Of a DNA stretch of 64,000 nucleotides, positions 48,337 to 57,902 are shown piece by piece. A program made the position numbers and the translations under genes. The DNA lies in NCBI GenBank assembly GCA_913061275.1, contig CAJXSR010000007.1, positions 29,410 to 93,409 on the forward strand, read 5' to 3'. The DNA is from an uncultured Rhodobacteraceae bacterium (lineage in GTDB: Bacteria > Pseudomonadota > Alphaproteobacteria > Rhodobacterales > Rhodobacteraceae). Positions within the stretch are counted from its first letter, which is position 1. Each line of letters starts with the position of its first letter. The notes beneath the pieces were generated by a model, which saw nothing but the letters and a program-made list of their open reading frames with translations, made no database searches and was not told the DNA's origin.

Positions 48337-49370
48337 ATGTACGTGACAGCTTTGTTGAACAAGCACAGGGTTGTGAAAACCTAGGGTCACCTTTTACCGC
48401 AGAACTGTTACGGCTGCTGGCCGAAAAACTGTCCGCAGGAAACGCCATCGGGGACAAAGTATTAAACTGGCCCCGTGACCCCAGCTACCGCACCGATGCG
48501 GTTGGTCTACGCCTAGTTGGCGCGTTACACGCACTGGTTTTACAAAAGGCCAGTCCTGCGCTTATGGGTAATTATCCGCCCAATAAGGCCACCCCCAAAC
48601 AGCTTTGGGATGCCGTTCAAACGGCGTTTGATTCCCACGAAGAACAGATTTTAAACTGGCTGGATCAACCACCTCAAACCAACGAAGTAAGGCGCAGTGC
48701 TGCCCTAATCCCTGCCTGTCTAAGCCTACAAGACCATTTTGGCTTGCCGTTGGCCTTGTCAGAATTGGGCGCAAGTGCGGGGTTAAATCTAAACTGGGAT
48801 CAGTTTTGTTTGACTTTAAAGGGTACAGAATATGGATGCGCTGCATCGCCCGTTCGCCTAGCACCAGACTGGTCTGGCCCTTTGCCTGCGCAAATCACCC
48901 CAAATGTAATCGAAAAAGCTGGCTGTGATCTAAACCCGCTTGACCCAAACAGTGATGCGCTGCGCCTACGATCCTATATCTGGCCAGATCAAACAGCGCG
49001 CGTAACCCGTACCAAGGCCGCAATTTTAATCGCACAACAAAACCCTATCCCCATTGCCCGCTCGGATGCAAAAGACTGGTTGCAACACCGTTTATCTGTG
49101 CGCCATTCTGATGCGGTACATGTGATCTACCACACGATAGCATGGCAGTATTTCCCGCCTGATGTGCAAAACGCTTGCGAAAAATTGATACGCACGGCAG
49201 GCAATGCCGCCACCCCTGACGCGCCCATTGCGTGGCTTAGCATGGAAGCGGATGACAACCCTGATGGCGCATGTTTGCGTGTAACCTATTGGCCGGGTGG
49301 CAAAACCCAAACCTTGGGGCGTGTCGATTTTCATGGCCGTTGGGTTAAGTGGTCTGGCCTGAAATCATAA
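48333..49370 (+). CDS. DUF2332-family protein
   Basis: N-terminal F..QA..C..LGSPFTA.LL pattern recalled for DUF2332. ATGA overlap with pth. Confidence 0.65.
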   Translation: MNVRDSFVEQAQGCENLGSPFTAELLRLLAEKLSAGNAIGDKVLNWPRDPSYRTDAVGLRLVGALHALVLQKASPALMGNYPPNKATPKQLWDAVQTAFDSHEEQILNWLDQPPQTNEVRRSAALIPACLSLQDHFGLPLALSELGASAGLNLNWDQFCLTLKGTEYGCAASPVRLAPDWSGPLPAQITPNVIEKAGCDLNPLDPNSDALRLRSYIWPDQTARVTRTKAAILIAQQNPIPIARSDAKDWLQHRLSVRHSDAVHVIYHTIAWQYFPPDVQNACEKLIRTAGNAATPDAPIAWLSMEADDNPDGACLRVTYWPGGKTQTLGRVDFHGRWVKWSGLKS

Positions 49371-49448
49371 TTTAGAACCATTCTAAGCTTGCTTGACTTC
49401 CCCCTTCCCCAAGCGCATATTTGGCTTAACCTAAAAAGGATAAATCAG

Positions 49449-50012
49449 ATGTTTATTCAAACTGAATCAACACCAAACCCAGCCACGCTAAAGTTTTTAC
49501 CTGGCCAAGCAGTTATGCAAACGGGCACTGCCGATTTCCCTACGGCAGATGTGGCTACAAACTCACCACTGGCGTTGCGCATCTTTGCCGTAAGCGGTGT
49601 AACAGCCGTATTCTTTGGCCCCGACTTTATCACTGTCACTAAAGATGAACCTATTGACTGGAACCATATAAAACCAGCTATTCTGGGTGCTGTAATGGAG
49701 CATTACCAGTCAGGCCAACCCGTCATGGAAGGTGAAGGTATAGCCGCTGCAGGGCATGCAGAACATAGCGGTGATGATGCGGAAATAGTAAATCAAATCA
49801 AAGAATTACTTGATACGCGTGTACGCCCAGCTGTAGCACAAGATGGTGGCGACATCACATTCCACGGCTTTGATCGCGGTGTGGTCTATCTGCATATGCA
49901 AGGGGCTTGCGCAGGATGCCCGTCGTCTACAATCACTTTGAAAATGGGTATTGAGAACCTGTTACGCCATTACATTCCCGAAGTGACAGAGGTGCGCCCT
50001 GTTGCCGCCTAA
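49449..50012 (+). CDS. NifU-like Fe-S cluster assembly protein (Nfu_N + NifU C-terminal domain)
   Basis: MFIQTESTPNPATLKF N-terminus and the CAGCPSS redox motif. Confidence 0.9.
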   Translation: MFIQTESTPNPATLKFLPGQAVMQTGTADFPTADVATNSPLALRIFAVSGVTAVFFGPDFITVTKDEPIDWNHIKPAILGAVMEHYQSGQPVMEGEGIAAAGHAEHSGDDAEIVNQIKELLDTRVRPAVAQDGGDITFHGFDRGVVYLHMQGACAGCPSSTITLKMGIENLLRHYIPEVTEVRPVAA

Positions 50013-50646
50013 ACCACTAATTCTATCATTTGATACATCGGCTGCACATTGTGCAGCCGCTTTGCTGTCAGGCGATACCGTTTTAGCAGAACAGCTGGAA
50101 CCTATGCATAAAGGGCAAGCGGAACGGTTATTTCCGTTACTGGAAGAAGTGTTGGCAGATAACGACAAATCTTGGTCTGATCTGGATGCCATTGGTGTTT
50201 GCACAGGACCCGGAAATTTTACGGGCGTGCGCATTTCTGTATCGTCCGCACGCGGGCTAGCTTTGTCATTGGGCATTCCAGCAATCGGTATCTCTAAATT
50301 GGAAGCAATGGCATGTGGTGCAAATGGCCGTGTGACATCTGTATTGGATGCACGTCGCGCACGGGTTTATATGCAGTCTTTCGATAACGGTCAGTCCTTA
50401 GTAGAACCGCGAATGGTGGATTTAGTAGAATTTAACGACCATTTGCACGGCGATGAAGTTGTGCGCGTGATTGCAGATGAAGCCTTGGAATTACCCAATG
50501 CACAATCGGTTGACGGCATAGCTGTGGCAGTAGCACATTTAACAGCGCAACGCTTTGAACAGGTTCACCCACGCCCTGCCCCCTTATATTTACGTGCAGC
50601 TGATGCCGCCCCGCCCTCTGACCCACCTGTGGTGATACTGCCGTGA
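50002..50646 (+). CDS. tsaB: tRNA t6A biosynthesis protein TsaB
   Basis: ILSFDTSAAHCAAAL...GPGNFTGVRISVSSARGLAL. Confidence 0.88.
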   Translation: MPPKPLILSFDTSAAHCAAALLSGDTVLAEQLEPMHKGQAERLFPLLEEVLADNDKSWSDLDAIGVCTGPGNFTGVRISVSSARGLALSLGIPAIGISKLEAMACGANGRVTSVLDARRARVYMQSFDNGQSLVEPRMVDLVEFNDHLHGDEVVRVIADEALELPNAQSVDGIAVAVAHLTAQRFEQVHPRPAPLYLRAADAAPPSDPPVVILP

Positions 50647-51053
50647 CACCTAAACAAATGGCCGCAATACATGGCAAATGTTTTACCCATCCACGCCCGT
50701 GGTCGGCACAGGAATTCACTGATTTACTAGCCAGCGATACGGTTTTTATGTGTAAGGCCGCACAAGGTTTTGCTTTGGGTCGGGTTGCTGGCCCAGAAGT
50801 GGAATTGCTGACGATTGCGGTAGACCCTGCGTATCACCGCCTAGGCATGGCACGGGATTTGATGAATGCATTTGAAGAATGCGCTGTTAAAAAAAGTACC
50901 AAAGAAGCATTTTTGGAAGTTGCAGAAGATAACACAGCCGCTATTGCGCTTTATAAAGCATTTGGTTTTACCCAAGCGGGTTTGCGCAAAGATTATTACA
51001 CAAGTTCTACAAGCGTGCGAATTTCAGCGCTAGTGATGACAAAAAGCCTTTAA
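50643..51053 (+). CDS. rimI: GNAT acetyltransferase (RimI-like)
   Basis: GNAT motif A region (YHRLGMARDLM). GTGA overlap with tsaB, the canonical tsaB-rimI pairing. Confidence 0.8.
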   Translation: MTPKQMAAIHGKCFTHPRPWSAQEFTDLLASDTVFMCKAAQGFALGRVAGPEVELLTIAVDPAYHRLGMARDLMNAFEECAVKKSTKEAFLEVAEDNTAAIALYKAFGFTQAGLRKDYYTSSTSVRISALVMTKSL

Positions 51054-51063
51054 CCCCGTCCTA

Positions 51064-51774
51064 CTAACCCCGCCCAACAAAGGGCATTTTATTGGCCATG
51101 ATTGTCATCGACAAAACATTGGTATCCAAAGGTAAGTTGGCCATATGAAACACTGCATTGGCAGCATCTGACACGTCCATAGTCTCCATTGGCCCATCTG
51201 CGTTTTTAATCAGGTTTTCAACCAGTTCAGTACGCGCATTGCCAATATCAATCTGACCACAGCAAATATTCAAATCACGTCCATCAAGCGCGATAGATTT
51301 GGTTAACCCGGTTATTGCATGTTTAGTGGCTGTATAAGCCGCAGAATTAGCCCGAGGCGTCACCGCAGAAATTGATCCGTTATTGATAATGCGGCCCCCA
51401 TCTTCTGTCATATGACGAAAAGCTTCTCGCGCACATAAAAACATACCCGTCAGGTTCACATCCACCGAGCTTTGCCAGCTTTCCAGCGTCACTGTGTCAA
51501 AGCGACCAGAAACAGGGAAAATACCTGCATTGTTGAACAAAACATCAATTCTGCCAAAATGGGCGGCTGCCTGCATAAACCCGCGCACAACTTCGGCCTC
51601 TTGCGTCACATCACAGGTCACGGCATAGGCATTGTCGCGCCCGTCTGATACAGCATTCAACTTTTCAAGGCGACGGGCGATTAAGGCAACATTCCAACCC
51701 TCAGACAGAAACTTTTCAGCCGTTGCAGCCCCAATGCCGCTGCTTGCGCCCGTTATCAAAATGGTCTTTGTCAT
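51064..51774 (-). CDS. Short-chain dehydrogenase/reductase
   Basis: TGASSGIGAA, NNAG and YTATKHA motifs. ATG 51774 is preferred over the track start 51816. Confidence 0.88.
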   Translation of the reverse strand: MTKTILITGASSGIGAATAEKFLSEGWNVALIARRLEKLNAVSDGRDNAYAVTCDVTQEAEVVRGFMQAAAHFGRIDVLFNNAGIFPVSGRFDTVTLESWQSSVDVNLTGMFLCAREAFRHMTEDGGRIINNGSISAVTPRANSAAYTATKHAITGLTKSIALDGRDLNICCGQIDIGNARTELVENLIKNADGPMETMDVSDAANAVFHMANLPLDTNVLSMTIMANKMPFVGRG

Positions 51775-51841
51775 ATTTGCCTCCAATGCTTGCGCGACAC
51801 AACACATGCGTGCCAAGATATACCTTAGACATCTATAAGGT

Positions 51842-52834
51842 ATGCAGACAATGACCCAAACACCAAAATCGTATTTTCAACCAGTATCTGGCATGGAACT
51901 GCCACGTTTTGCAGGCATTCCCACGTTCATGCGTCTGCCTGCTATTGATCTGGATAACCCGAAAATCGCGGATGTAGATATAGGCTTGATCGGGGTGCCT
52001 TGGGATGCAGGTACCACCAACCGACCAGGGCCACGTCACGGGCCACGTCAATTACGTGATTATTCAACAATGATCCGTTCCACCAATGCCGCGACAGGAC
52101 TTAAACCATTTGAAATGGTGAATTGCGCGGATATGGGTGATGTGGGCGGCAACCCTGCTGATCTGCATGATGCGATGGATAAAATCACGGCTTACTACAA
52201 ACAAGTGAAAGCCAAGGGCATTGTGCCCATGACAGCGGGCGGCGATCATCTGACATCGTTACCAGTATTACGCGCACTTGCCAGTGACGGCCCCTTGGGA
52301 ATGATCCACTTTGATGCCCACACCGACCTGTTCAAAGATTATTTCGGTGGTTTCAAATACACCCACGGCACTCCGTTTCGCCGCGCGATTGAAGAAGGGT
52401 TGCTTGACCCAAAGCGGGTTATTCAAATCGGCATTCGTGGCACCTCTTACGGTGGTGAAGATATTGAATTTGGCCGCGCAAACGGCGTGACTATCATCGA
52501 GATTGAAGAGTTTTTTGCCCGTGGTATCAAAGATGTGATGGCACAAGCCCGTGAAGTTGTGGGCACCCAACCGACGTATTGTTCATTCGATATTGATTTC
52601 ATTGATCCCGCCTATGCGCCCGGTACTGGCACCCCTGAAATTGGCGGGCCAAACAGCTTTCAGGCGCAACAGGTTATACGTGAAATGGCAGGTGTAAATC
52701 TGATCGGGGCTGATTTGGTAGAGGTCTCACCGCCGTTTGATCCATCGGGTGGTACCGCGTGGTTGGGGGTGTCGTTGATGTTTGAATTGTTGTGTGTACT
52801 GGCAAGTGCTATAACTGAACAACGCCAGAATTAA
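51842..52834 (+). CDS. speB: Agmatinase / ureohydrolase family enzyme
   Basis: Mn-binding motifs GGDHLTS, HFDAHTD and SFDIDFIDPAYAPGTGTPE. Exact substrate not determinable. Confidence 0.85.
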   Translation: MQTMTQTPKSYFQPVSGMELPRFAGIPTFMRLPAIDLDNPKIADVDIGLIGVPWDAGTTNRPGPRHGPRQLRDYSTMIRSTNAATGLKPFEMVNCADMGDVGGNPADLHDAMDKITAYYKQVKAKGIVPMTAGGDHLTSLPVLRALASDGPLGMIHFDAHTDLFKDYFGGFKYTHGTPFRRAIEEGLLDPKRVIQIGIRGTSYGGEDIEFGRANGVTIIEIEEFFARGIKDVMAQAREVVGTQPTYCSFDIDFIDPAYAPGTGTPEIGGPNSFQAQQVIREMAGVNLIGADLVEVSPPFDPSGGTAWLGVSLMFELLCVLASAITEQRQN

Positions 52835-52930
52835 CCGCTCGTATCCCTTGTTGCGAAACACACAATCGCCTATCATTCGTACAACACGCGATAAAAGACG
52901 TGCAATACATATAAGCAAGGGAACAGCCGC

Positions 52931-54817
52931 ATGGAACCAATTAGCCTGACGATTGAAATGATGGTGGTATTGGGTTTATTGGCTTTTACGATTTTCTTGT
53001 TTGTCTCTGAAATTGTACGTGTTGATCTGGCTGGCCTGTTGGTGATGGTAGTCTTAGGCGGGTTAAGTTATCTGCCGGGTTTGGGCGATCTAGCCGATGT
53101 CACCCATTTGTTTGACGGCTTTGCATCCAACGCGGTGATTTCAATCATTGCTGTGATGATTATCGGGGCAGGTTTAGATAAAACCGGGCTGATGAATAAA
53201 GTCGCAGCCGTCATTCTGAAATTCGGCGGTTCAACTGAGGCCCGCATCGTTCCGGTTATTTCTGGCACTGTGGGTTTTATTTCTAGCTTTTTGCAGAATG
53301 TAGGCGCTGCCGCATTATTTTTACCTGTTGTAGCGCGTATTTCATCACGCACCGAAATTCCACTTGGGCGTCTGTTAATGCCTATGGGGTTTTGTGCAAT
53401 ATTAGGCGGCACGATGACCATGGTTGGGTCGTCACCGTTAATTTTGCTAAATGATCTGCTAATCACCGCCAACAAAGACCTGCCCGCAGATGCCCAAATG
53501 GAACCGTTCAGCCTGTTTTCCGTAACCCCGATTGGGGCTGCCCTAATTGTTACAGGTATCCTTTATTTCATGCTTCTTGGCAGATGGGTGTTACCAAAGA
53601 CAGCCGCCAGATCCGATGCAAGTTCGGCCCAATCCATCAAAGAATATCTAAAACGTCTATACGGTATAAAAGCTGATATTTTTGAAGTTGAAATTGGCGA
53701 AAGTAACATCCTGATTGGCGAGACTTTGGGTGATATTATGGACGCCCATCACATGTCTATAATCGGTACATATTTCAACGGGCAGCGGTATTTAGCCCCG
53801 CTGGTAACAACCAAAATTGAGGCCCCTTGTCGTTTGGCCATTCTGGGCCACGAACGGGTTATCAAAGAAATCGCCGACATATACAACCTGACGGTTCTGC
53901 CCAAGCTAGAGATTTTTCGTGAAGAATATACCGCCACAAAATCGGGCGTCGCTGAAATCGTTATTCCGCCTGACAGTGGCGTGATCGGTAAAACCGCACG
54001 TGAAGTGCGCCTGCGTGGCACATACGGGCTAAATTTGTTGGCCATTCACCGTGGTGACGAAACATTAAGCCGTGTTGAAACCAAAGATCATGTCGCCTGC
54101 CTATTAGGTAAAGAAAAGTTTCATGCAGGCGACACGTTAGTGGTGCACGCCCAATGGGAAAGCCTGACGCGCACATCAAAAGATCGCGATTTTGTGGTCG
54201 TAACATCCGATTACCCACAAGAAGAATTGCGCCCGCAAAAGGTTGGCGCGGCACTGTTGTTCTTCGCCATAGCCCTGATCTTGATCCTATTTACCGACGT
54301 GCGCCTGTCTCTAGCCCTGTTGGTGGGTGCGGTCGGAATGGTTTTAACCAAAGTTCTAAGCATTGATGAAGCTTATAACGCAGTTGGTTGGAATACCGTG
54401 TTTCTGCTGGCCAGTCTGATCCCGTTGGGCCATGCCGTACAATCAAGCGGCACGGCTGAATGGATTGCACAACAAGTGCTAACACTGCTAGACGGCTGGC
54501 CGGTTTGGGCCTTGCAAACGGGTGTAGCGGTGCTGGCAACCATATTCACATTAATCATGTCTAACGTGGGTGCCACGGTTTTATTGGTACCACTGGCTGT
54601 ATCTATCGCGGTTGCTTCGGGTGGTGATCCTGCGATTTTTGCGATGACCGTCGCCATCTCAACATCCAACTCATTCCTGATCCCCACCCGCCAAGTTAAC
54701 GCCCTCATCATGGGCCTTGCGGGCTACAAGGTGAAGGAGTTCGTCAAGACCGGCGGCATCATGACCGTGCTGTTCTTGGTGGTATCGATGTTTATGATGA
54801 ACGTCGTGTTTGGTTAA
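52931..54817 (+). CDS. SLC13/DASS-family permease with central TrkA-C (RCK_C) domains
   Basis: 628 aa with polytopic N- and C-terminal halves flanking two soluble beta-rich domains. Confidence 0.85.
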   Translation: MEPISLTIEMMVVLGLLAFTIFLFVSEIVRVDLAGLLVMVVLGGLSYLPGLGDLADVTHLFDGFASNAVISIIAVMIIGAGLDKTGLMNKVAAVILKFGGSTEARIVPVISGTVGFISSFLQNVGAAALFLPVVARISSRTEIPLGRLLMPMGFCAILGGTMTMVGSSPLILLNDLLITANKDLPADAQMEPFSLFSVTPIGAALIVTGILYFMLLGRWVLPKTAARSDASSAQSIKEYLKRLYGIKADIFEVEIGESNILIGETLGDIMDAHHMSIIGTYFNGQRYLAPLVTTKIEAPCRLAILGHERVIKEIADIYNLTVLPKLEIFREEYTATKSGVAEIVIPPDSGVIGKTAREVRLRGTYGLNLLAIHRGDETLSRVETKDHVACLLGKEKFHAGDTLVVHAQWESLTRTSKDRDFVVVTSDYPQEELRPQKVGAALLFFAIALILILFTDVRLSLALLVGAVGMVLTKVLSIDEAYNAVGWNTVFLLASLIPLGHAVQSSGTAEWIAQQVLTLLDGWPVWALQTGVAVLATIFTLIMSNVGATVLLVPLAVSIAVASGGDPAIFAMTVAISTSNSFLIPTRQVNALIMGLAGYKVKEFVKTGGIMTVLFLVVSMFMMNVVFG

Positions 54818-54833
54818 TGTGGGCTTAAGCCCA
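54617..54833 (+). repeat. Direct repeat copy 1 (3' end of SLC13 gene + stop + REP-like half-palindrome)
   Basis: 217 nt with 4 mismatches to 57544-57760 (aligned by hand, offset 2927). Confidence 0.95.
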
Positions 54834-54946
54834 TGTGTAGCTGTCGACGATCAAAATGCGAAAACATTCGGGTTTGGGTGATCTTGCTAGTTCATCGTCC
54901 TAGCAACCATTTGTGAACCGTCTCTTAATATGCAAAAACGGGGCGA

Positions 54947-55708
54947 ATGTATGTATTTAGAAGTTTGATGATGGCAGAAGAAGCCTATCCACCAGTTATG
55001 ATTTTGGGATGCGGACGGAGTGGCACATCAATCTTCGGTGAATTATTTACAAGTGTGACCCCGTATAAATACACAAGCGAACCAGCCTTTTCCGAGGTCA
55101 TGTCCGTGAACTACTACTCAACGGTACAAGCATTTAAAGTCCCTCGTGAAAGCGTGGAATATCCGCCTGATCCAGGCTTATCGTTCCCTATAGATGTTCT
55201 AAGGCAACGTGTGCCCAAAATGAAATTCTTTTGGATAGTACGGCATCCTCTTGATGCAATCTGTTCATTAAAGGTTGGAATTTCGCAAGACTGGGGCCAT
55301 CATCCAAAACCGTTGGATTGGAAGGAATGGCTTCATCGACCACTAATCGAACGTTGTGCCCACCATTGGGCTTACATAAATTCTGTGGGTTTTGAGCATG
55401 TCTCTGGCATCGCATCCGTTGTAACGTTCGAGGATATGGTCACATCACCCAAGAGCTTTGTGAAAACTGTAGCTACCGAATTGGGGGCAAGTAACCTCAG
55501 TGTTAAAGAACCCGTACATGATTGGATTAGCCGAGTTCAGAATACTAACAACGAACACTTTGTCGAAGCGATGACATCAAGATCATACTCTCGAAAAGAT
55601 CATAAGGTTCGTGTTGGCAGGTGGCGTGAAAATTTATCATCCGAGGAGGTGGATCAGGTTTTGCCGATCATTTCAAAAACCGCACGTACATTTGGATATG
55701 CCGTTTAG
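54947..55708 (+). CDS. Sulfotransferase family protein
   Basis: 5'-PSB-like loop ILGCGRSGTS and 3'-PB-like IVRHPLDAICS. The start may be ATG 54971. Confidence 0.8.
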   Translation: MYVFRSLMMAEEAYPPVMILGCGRSGTSIFGELFTSVTPYKYTSEPAFSEVMSVNYYSTVQAFKVPRESVEYPPDPGLSFPIDVLRQRVPKMKFFWIVRHPLDAICSLKVGISQDWGHHPKPLDWKEWLHRPLIERCAHHWAYINSVGFEHVSGIASVVTFEDMVTSPKSFVKTVATELGASNLSVKEPVHDWISRVQNTNNEHFVEAMTSRSYSRKDHKVRVGRWRENLSSEEVDQVLPIISKTARTFGYAV

Positions 55709-55978
55709 GATAGTGCGCATGACCCACTTTAACAACCAACATAGGGAGGGCTAAAACCTGCGCTAGGCGTACGGTTTGCCCGTGAACAAAATGGTGAATA
55801 CCATTCGTGACAATAGCAATTGCCACACCGCGCAAATACCTTAAGTATAGCCTGCGGGTAGAAGTATTCAGGGGAAATTTGCATAGGCTACAGGGTTGGT
55901 GTTTTTGGTTGTAATGAGTTCACGCTATCGAATGCTAAGCGCCGATTGTTTGACCCTAAGGATAGGCAAACCCGTAGT

Positions 55979-57028
55979 TTAGTAAATATTATAGGCACCC
56001 CATACAAATCCGAAAGCAGCAACGGCACAAGACGCAAGGGCCGCGAGAGCAAGCAATTTAACCGATGAAAAGGGCCGTTCTCCGAATGTGCGCCCTTGCA
56101 ATCCGCAGGTTACGACCTTCATTGGTGTTCCATTATACTCGTAATGCAAAATCCAGACTGGCAGAAGAATACGACGGTATTTAATGCCAGTCGTATCCGT
56201 CAAATAACTAACATCGACGACACTGTTTTTACCTGAGTGTTTCTTGATACGGTTGCGCAACAGCAGCGCTTTGTCTTTAGCGTTCTGCCTTAGACCTTCA
56301 CGAACGGGTTGGTGGTGCCGCTCTGCGGCAAAACCTGCAAGATATGCAGGCTCAAAGGGTCGCAGGTTGCTTGGCTCAAATTCATGCAAAATGCCGTCAC
56401 GAATAAGAGGGGTAACATGTGGCGATGCAGGCATAAGCAGGTCATCAAACTCGGTTTTCATAAACCCGCTGTCAGTCCGCATAACCGTCTTTTTTCCTCG
56501 TGTGACTTTGTAATTGACTGTGTAATTAACAGCTTCTTTGCTATCGAAAGTCCAAAAGGGTACATAAATACCAGATACATTGCTGCCAGATACAACAGAC
56601 TGTAAATCTGATGGTGCCGCCCAACGCCGCGAAACCCAATTATGTGCGGCATCCTGAGCCTGCTCATTACCCACTGAAAAGGGGATCATTCCGAGCGTCA
56701 CATAACTTTCACCATTGGGCCGTTCAACCAATGACCCGTTACAATAGGGGCAATTCTCAGAAATTGAATGGCCTTGAAAGATAACCTCACCACCACAAGT
56801 TTCACATTGATAGGGACGGTCTTGAGTAAACTTTGGCTGTTCTGTGTGGGGCAGGTCAGGATCATAATGATGCTCTGCTTCAGGATCTGCATTCGGATTG
56901 ATCGTAATCACGTGTTCCGTCGCACAGCTTTTACAAGTTAATGCGCCAGTCCTAGGGCTATACTCACATTGGCCAGCACAATTTGTGCACATAAGATCAG
57001 CTTGGGCAATTACAGAACTCTCAGTCAT
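55979..57028 (-). CDS. Uncharacterised double zinc-ribbon protein with C-terminal membrane anchor
   Basis: Two CxxC-N14-CxxC ribbons (CTNCAG..CKSC; CETCGG..CPYC), a beta-rich core, ILLPVWILHYEYNGTPMKVVTCGLQGRTFGERPFS, then TM LLALAALASCAVAAFGFVWGAY. Confidence 0.8.
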   Translation of the reverse strand: MTESSVIAQADLMCTNCAGQCEYSPRTGALTCKSCATEHVITINPNADPEAEHHYDPDLPHTEQPKFTQDRPYQCETCGGEVIFQGHSISENCPYCNGSLVERPNGESYVTLGMIPFSVGNEQAQDAAHNWVSRRWAAPSDLQSVVSGSNVSGIYVPFWTFDSKEAVNYTVNYKVTRGKKTVMRTDSGFMKTEFDDLLMPASPHVTPLIRDGILHEFEPSNLRPFEPAYLAGFAAERHHQPVREGLRQNAKDKALLLRNRIKKHSGKNSVVDVSYLTDTTGIKYRRILLPVWILHYEYNGTPMKVVTCGLQGRTFGERPFSSVKLLALAALASCAVAAFGFVWGAYNIY

Positions 57029-57332
57029 CGGCTAAGGCTTCCAATATTCTCAAAAGCAGTTCTAAACGTCGGCCACTGCGATGGATGGCTGCACTGAGGT
57101 CTTCAATAGCCCACCATTCCCCAATAATTGTAGCAAAAAACCAAGTTACGGCGACCCAAACAGCAATAACAATCCAACCAGACATTGTGCGAAAAAAACC
57201 CGGCGATCCATGCCTCAATTCATGTTTGGCTTCTTGGATTCTAATAAGTTTTTTTATCGGATAAGCACCAACGCTAGCGGCAAGACAAATTAGCAGCAAT
57301 ACAGCAATTATTGGACCAAGTTGGTTGAGCAT
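57021..57332 (-). CDS. Small 2-TM membrane protein, translationally coupled to the zinc-ribbon gene
   Basis: 103 aa with two hydrophobic helices plus a C-terminal amphipathic helix. ATGACTGA overlap (8 nt) with the downstream gene. Confidence 0.65.
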   Translation of the reverse strand: MLNQLGPIIAVLLLICLAASVGAYPIKKLIRIQEAKHELRHGSPGFFRTMSGWIVIAVWVAVTWFFATIIGEWWAIEDLSAAIHRSGRRLELLLRILEALADD

Positions 57333-57470
57333 ATAAGTTACTAATCTCTCTATAGGCTGCTAGTAATTTGAAACAACAGATGCATGCGCAACTATAGCTC
57401 TAGTTCATTAACTATAGTGCGAAAACGCAAAGCAGACAATTCAAGTTTTTTCCGTAAAAACATATTAATT

Positions 57471-57514
57471 ACAGCGCCCTAACATATCGATCCAACTGGG
57501 GCATCACGCCGAAG
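57471..57514 (+). repeat. Copy A of the 44-nt repeated element
   Basis: 36/44 identity to 57849-57892 without gaps. It ends exactly where the permease-gene remnant begins. Confidence 0.8.
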
Positions 57515-57744
57515 TTCCACTGGAAGTATCCATTTCTGTCACCTCTGGTGGTGATCCTGCGATTTTTGCGATGACCGTCGCCATCTCAACATCCAACTCA
57601 TTCCTGATCCCCACCCGCCAAGTTAACGCCCTCATCATGGGCCTTGCGGGCTACAAGGTGAAGGAGTTCGTCAAGACCGGCGGCATCATGACCGTGCTGT
57701 TCTTGGTGGTATCGATGTTTATGATGAACGTGGTGTTTGGGTAA
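57514..57744 (+). pseudogene. 77-codon 3' remnant of an SLC13 permease allele
   Basis: In frame it reads VPLEVSISVTSGGDPAIFAMTVAISTSNSF...MMNVVFG*, versus VPLAVSIAVASGGDPAIF... in the intact gene. There is no 5' part. Confidence 0.85.
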
Positions 57745-57760
57745 TGTGGGCTTAAGCACA
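57544..57760 (+). repeat. Direct repeat copy 2
   Basis: See copy 1. The differences inside codons are TCG/TCT, GTC/GTG and GGT/GGG, all synonymous. Confidence 0.95.
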
Positions 57761-57848
57761 CACTACCCATACTGACCTTAAAACTTCAGAGTGTAAGTTT
57801 ATTCTGATAGAATTTTACGGCTCATTATTTCCAACAAATACTTTAACT

Positions 57849-57892
57849 ACAACACCTTAACACACTGTTCCAACTGGGACATCACGCCGAAG
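57849..57892 (+). repeat. Copy B of the 44-nt repeated element
   Basis: ACAACACCTTAACACACTGTTCCAACTGGGACATCACGCCGAAG, between the remnant and the helicase stop. Confidence 0.8.
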
Positions 57893-57902
57893 ACCGCTGA
57901 AA

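Noticed and set aside
54834-57543. Integrase, transposase, IS-type terminal inverted repeats or tRNA target for the islet
   Set aside because: All six frames were inspected via the ORF track. Only the sulfotransferase, the Zn-ribbon protein and the 2-TM protein are credible, and no recombinase-like motifs or terminal IRs were seen.
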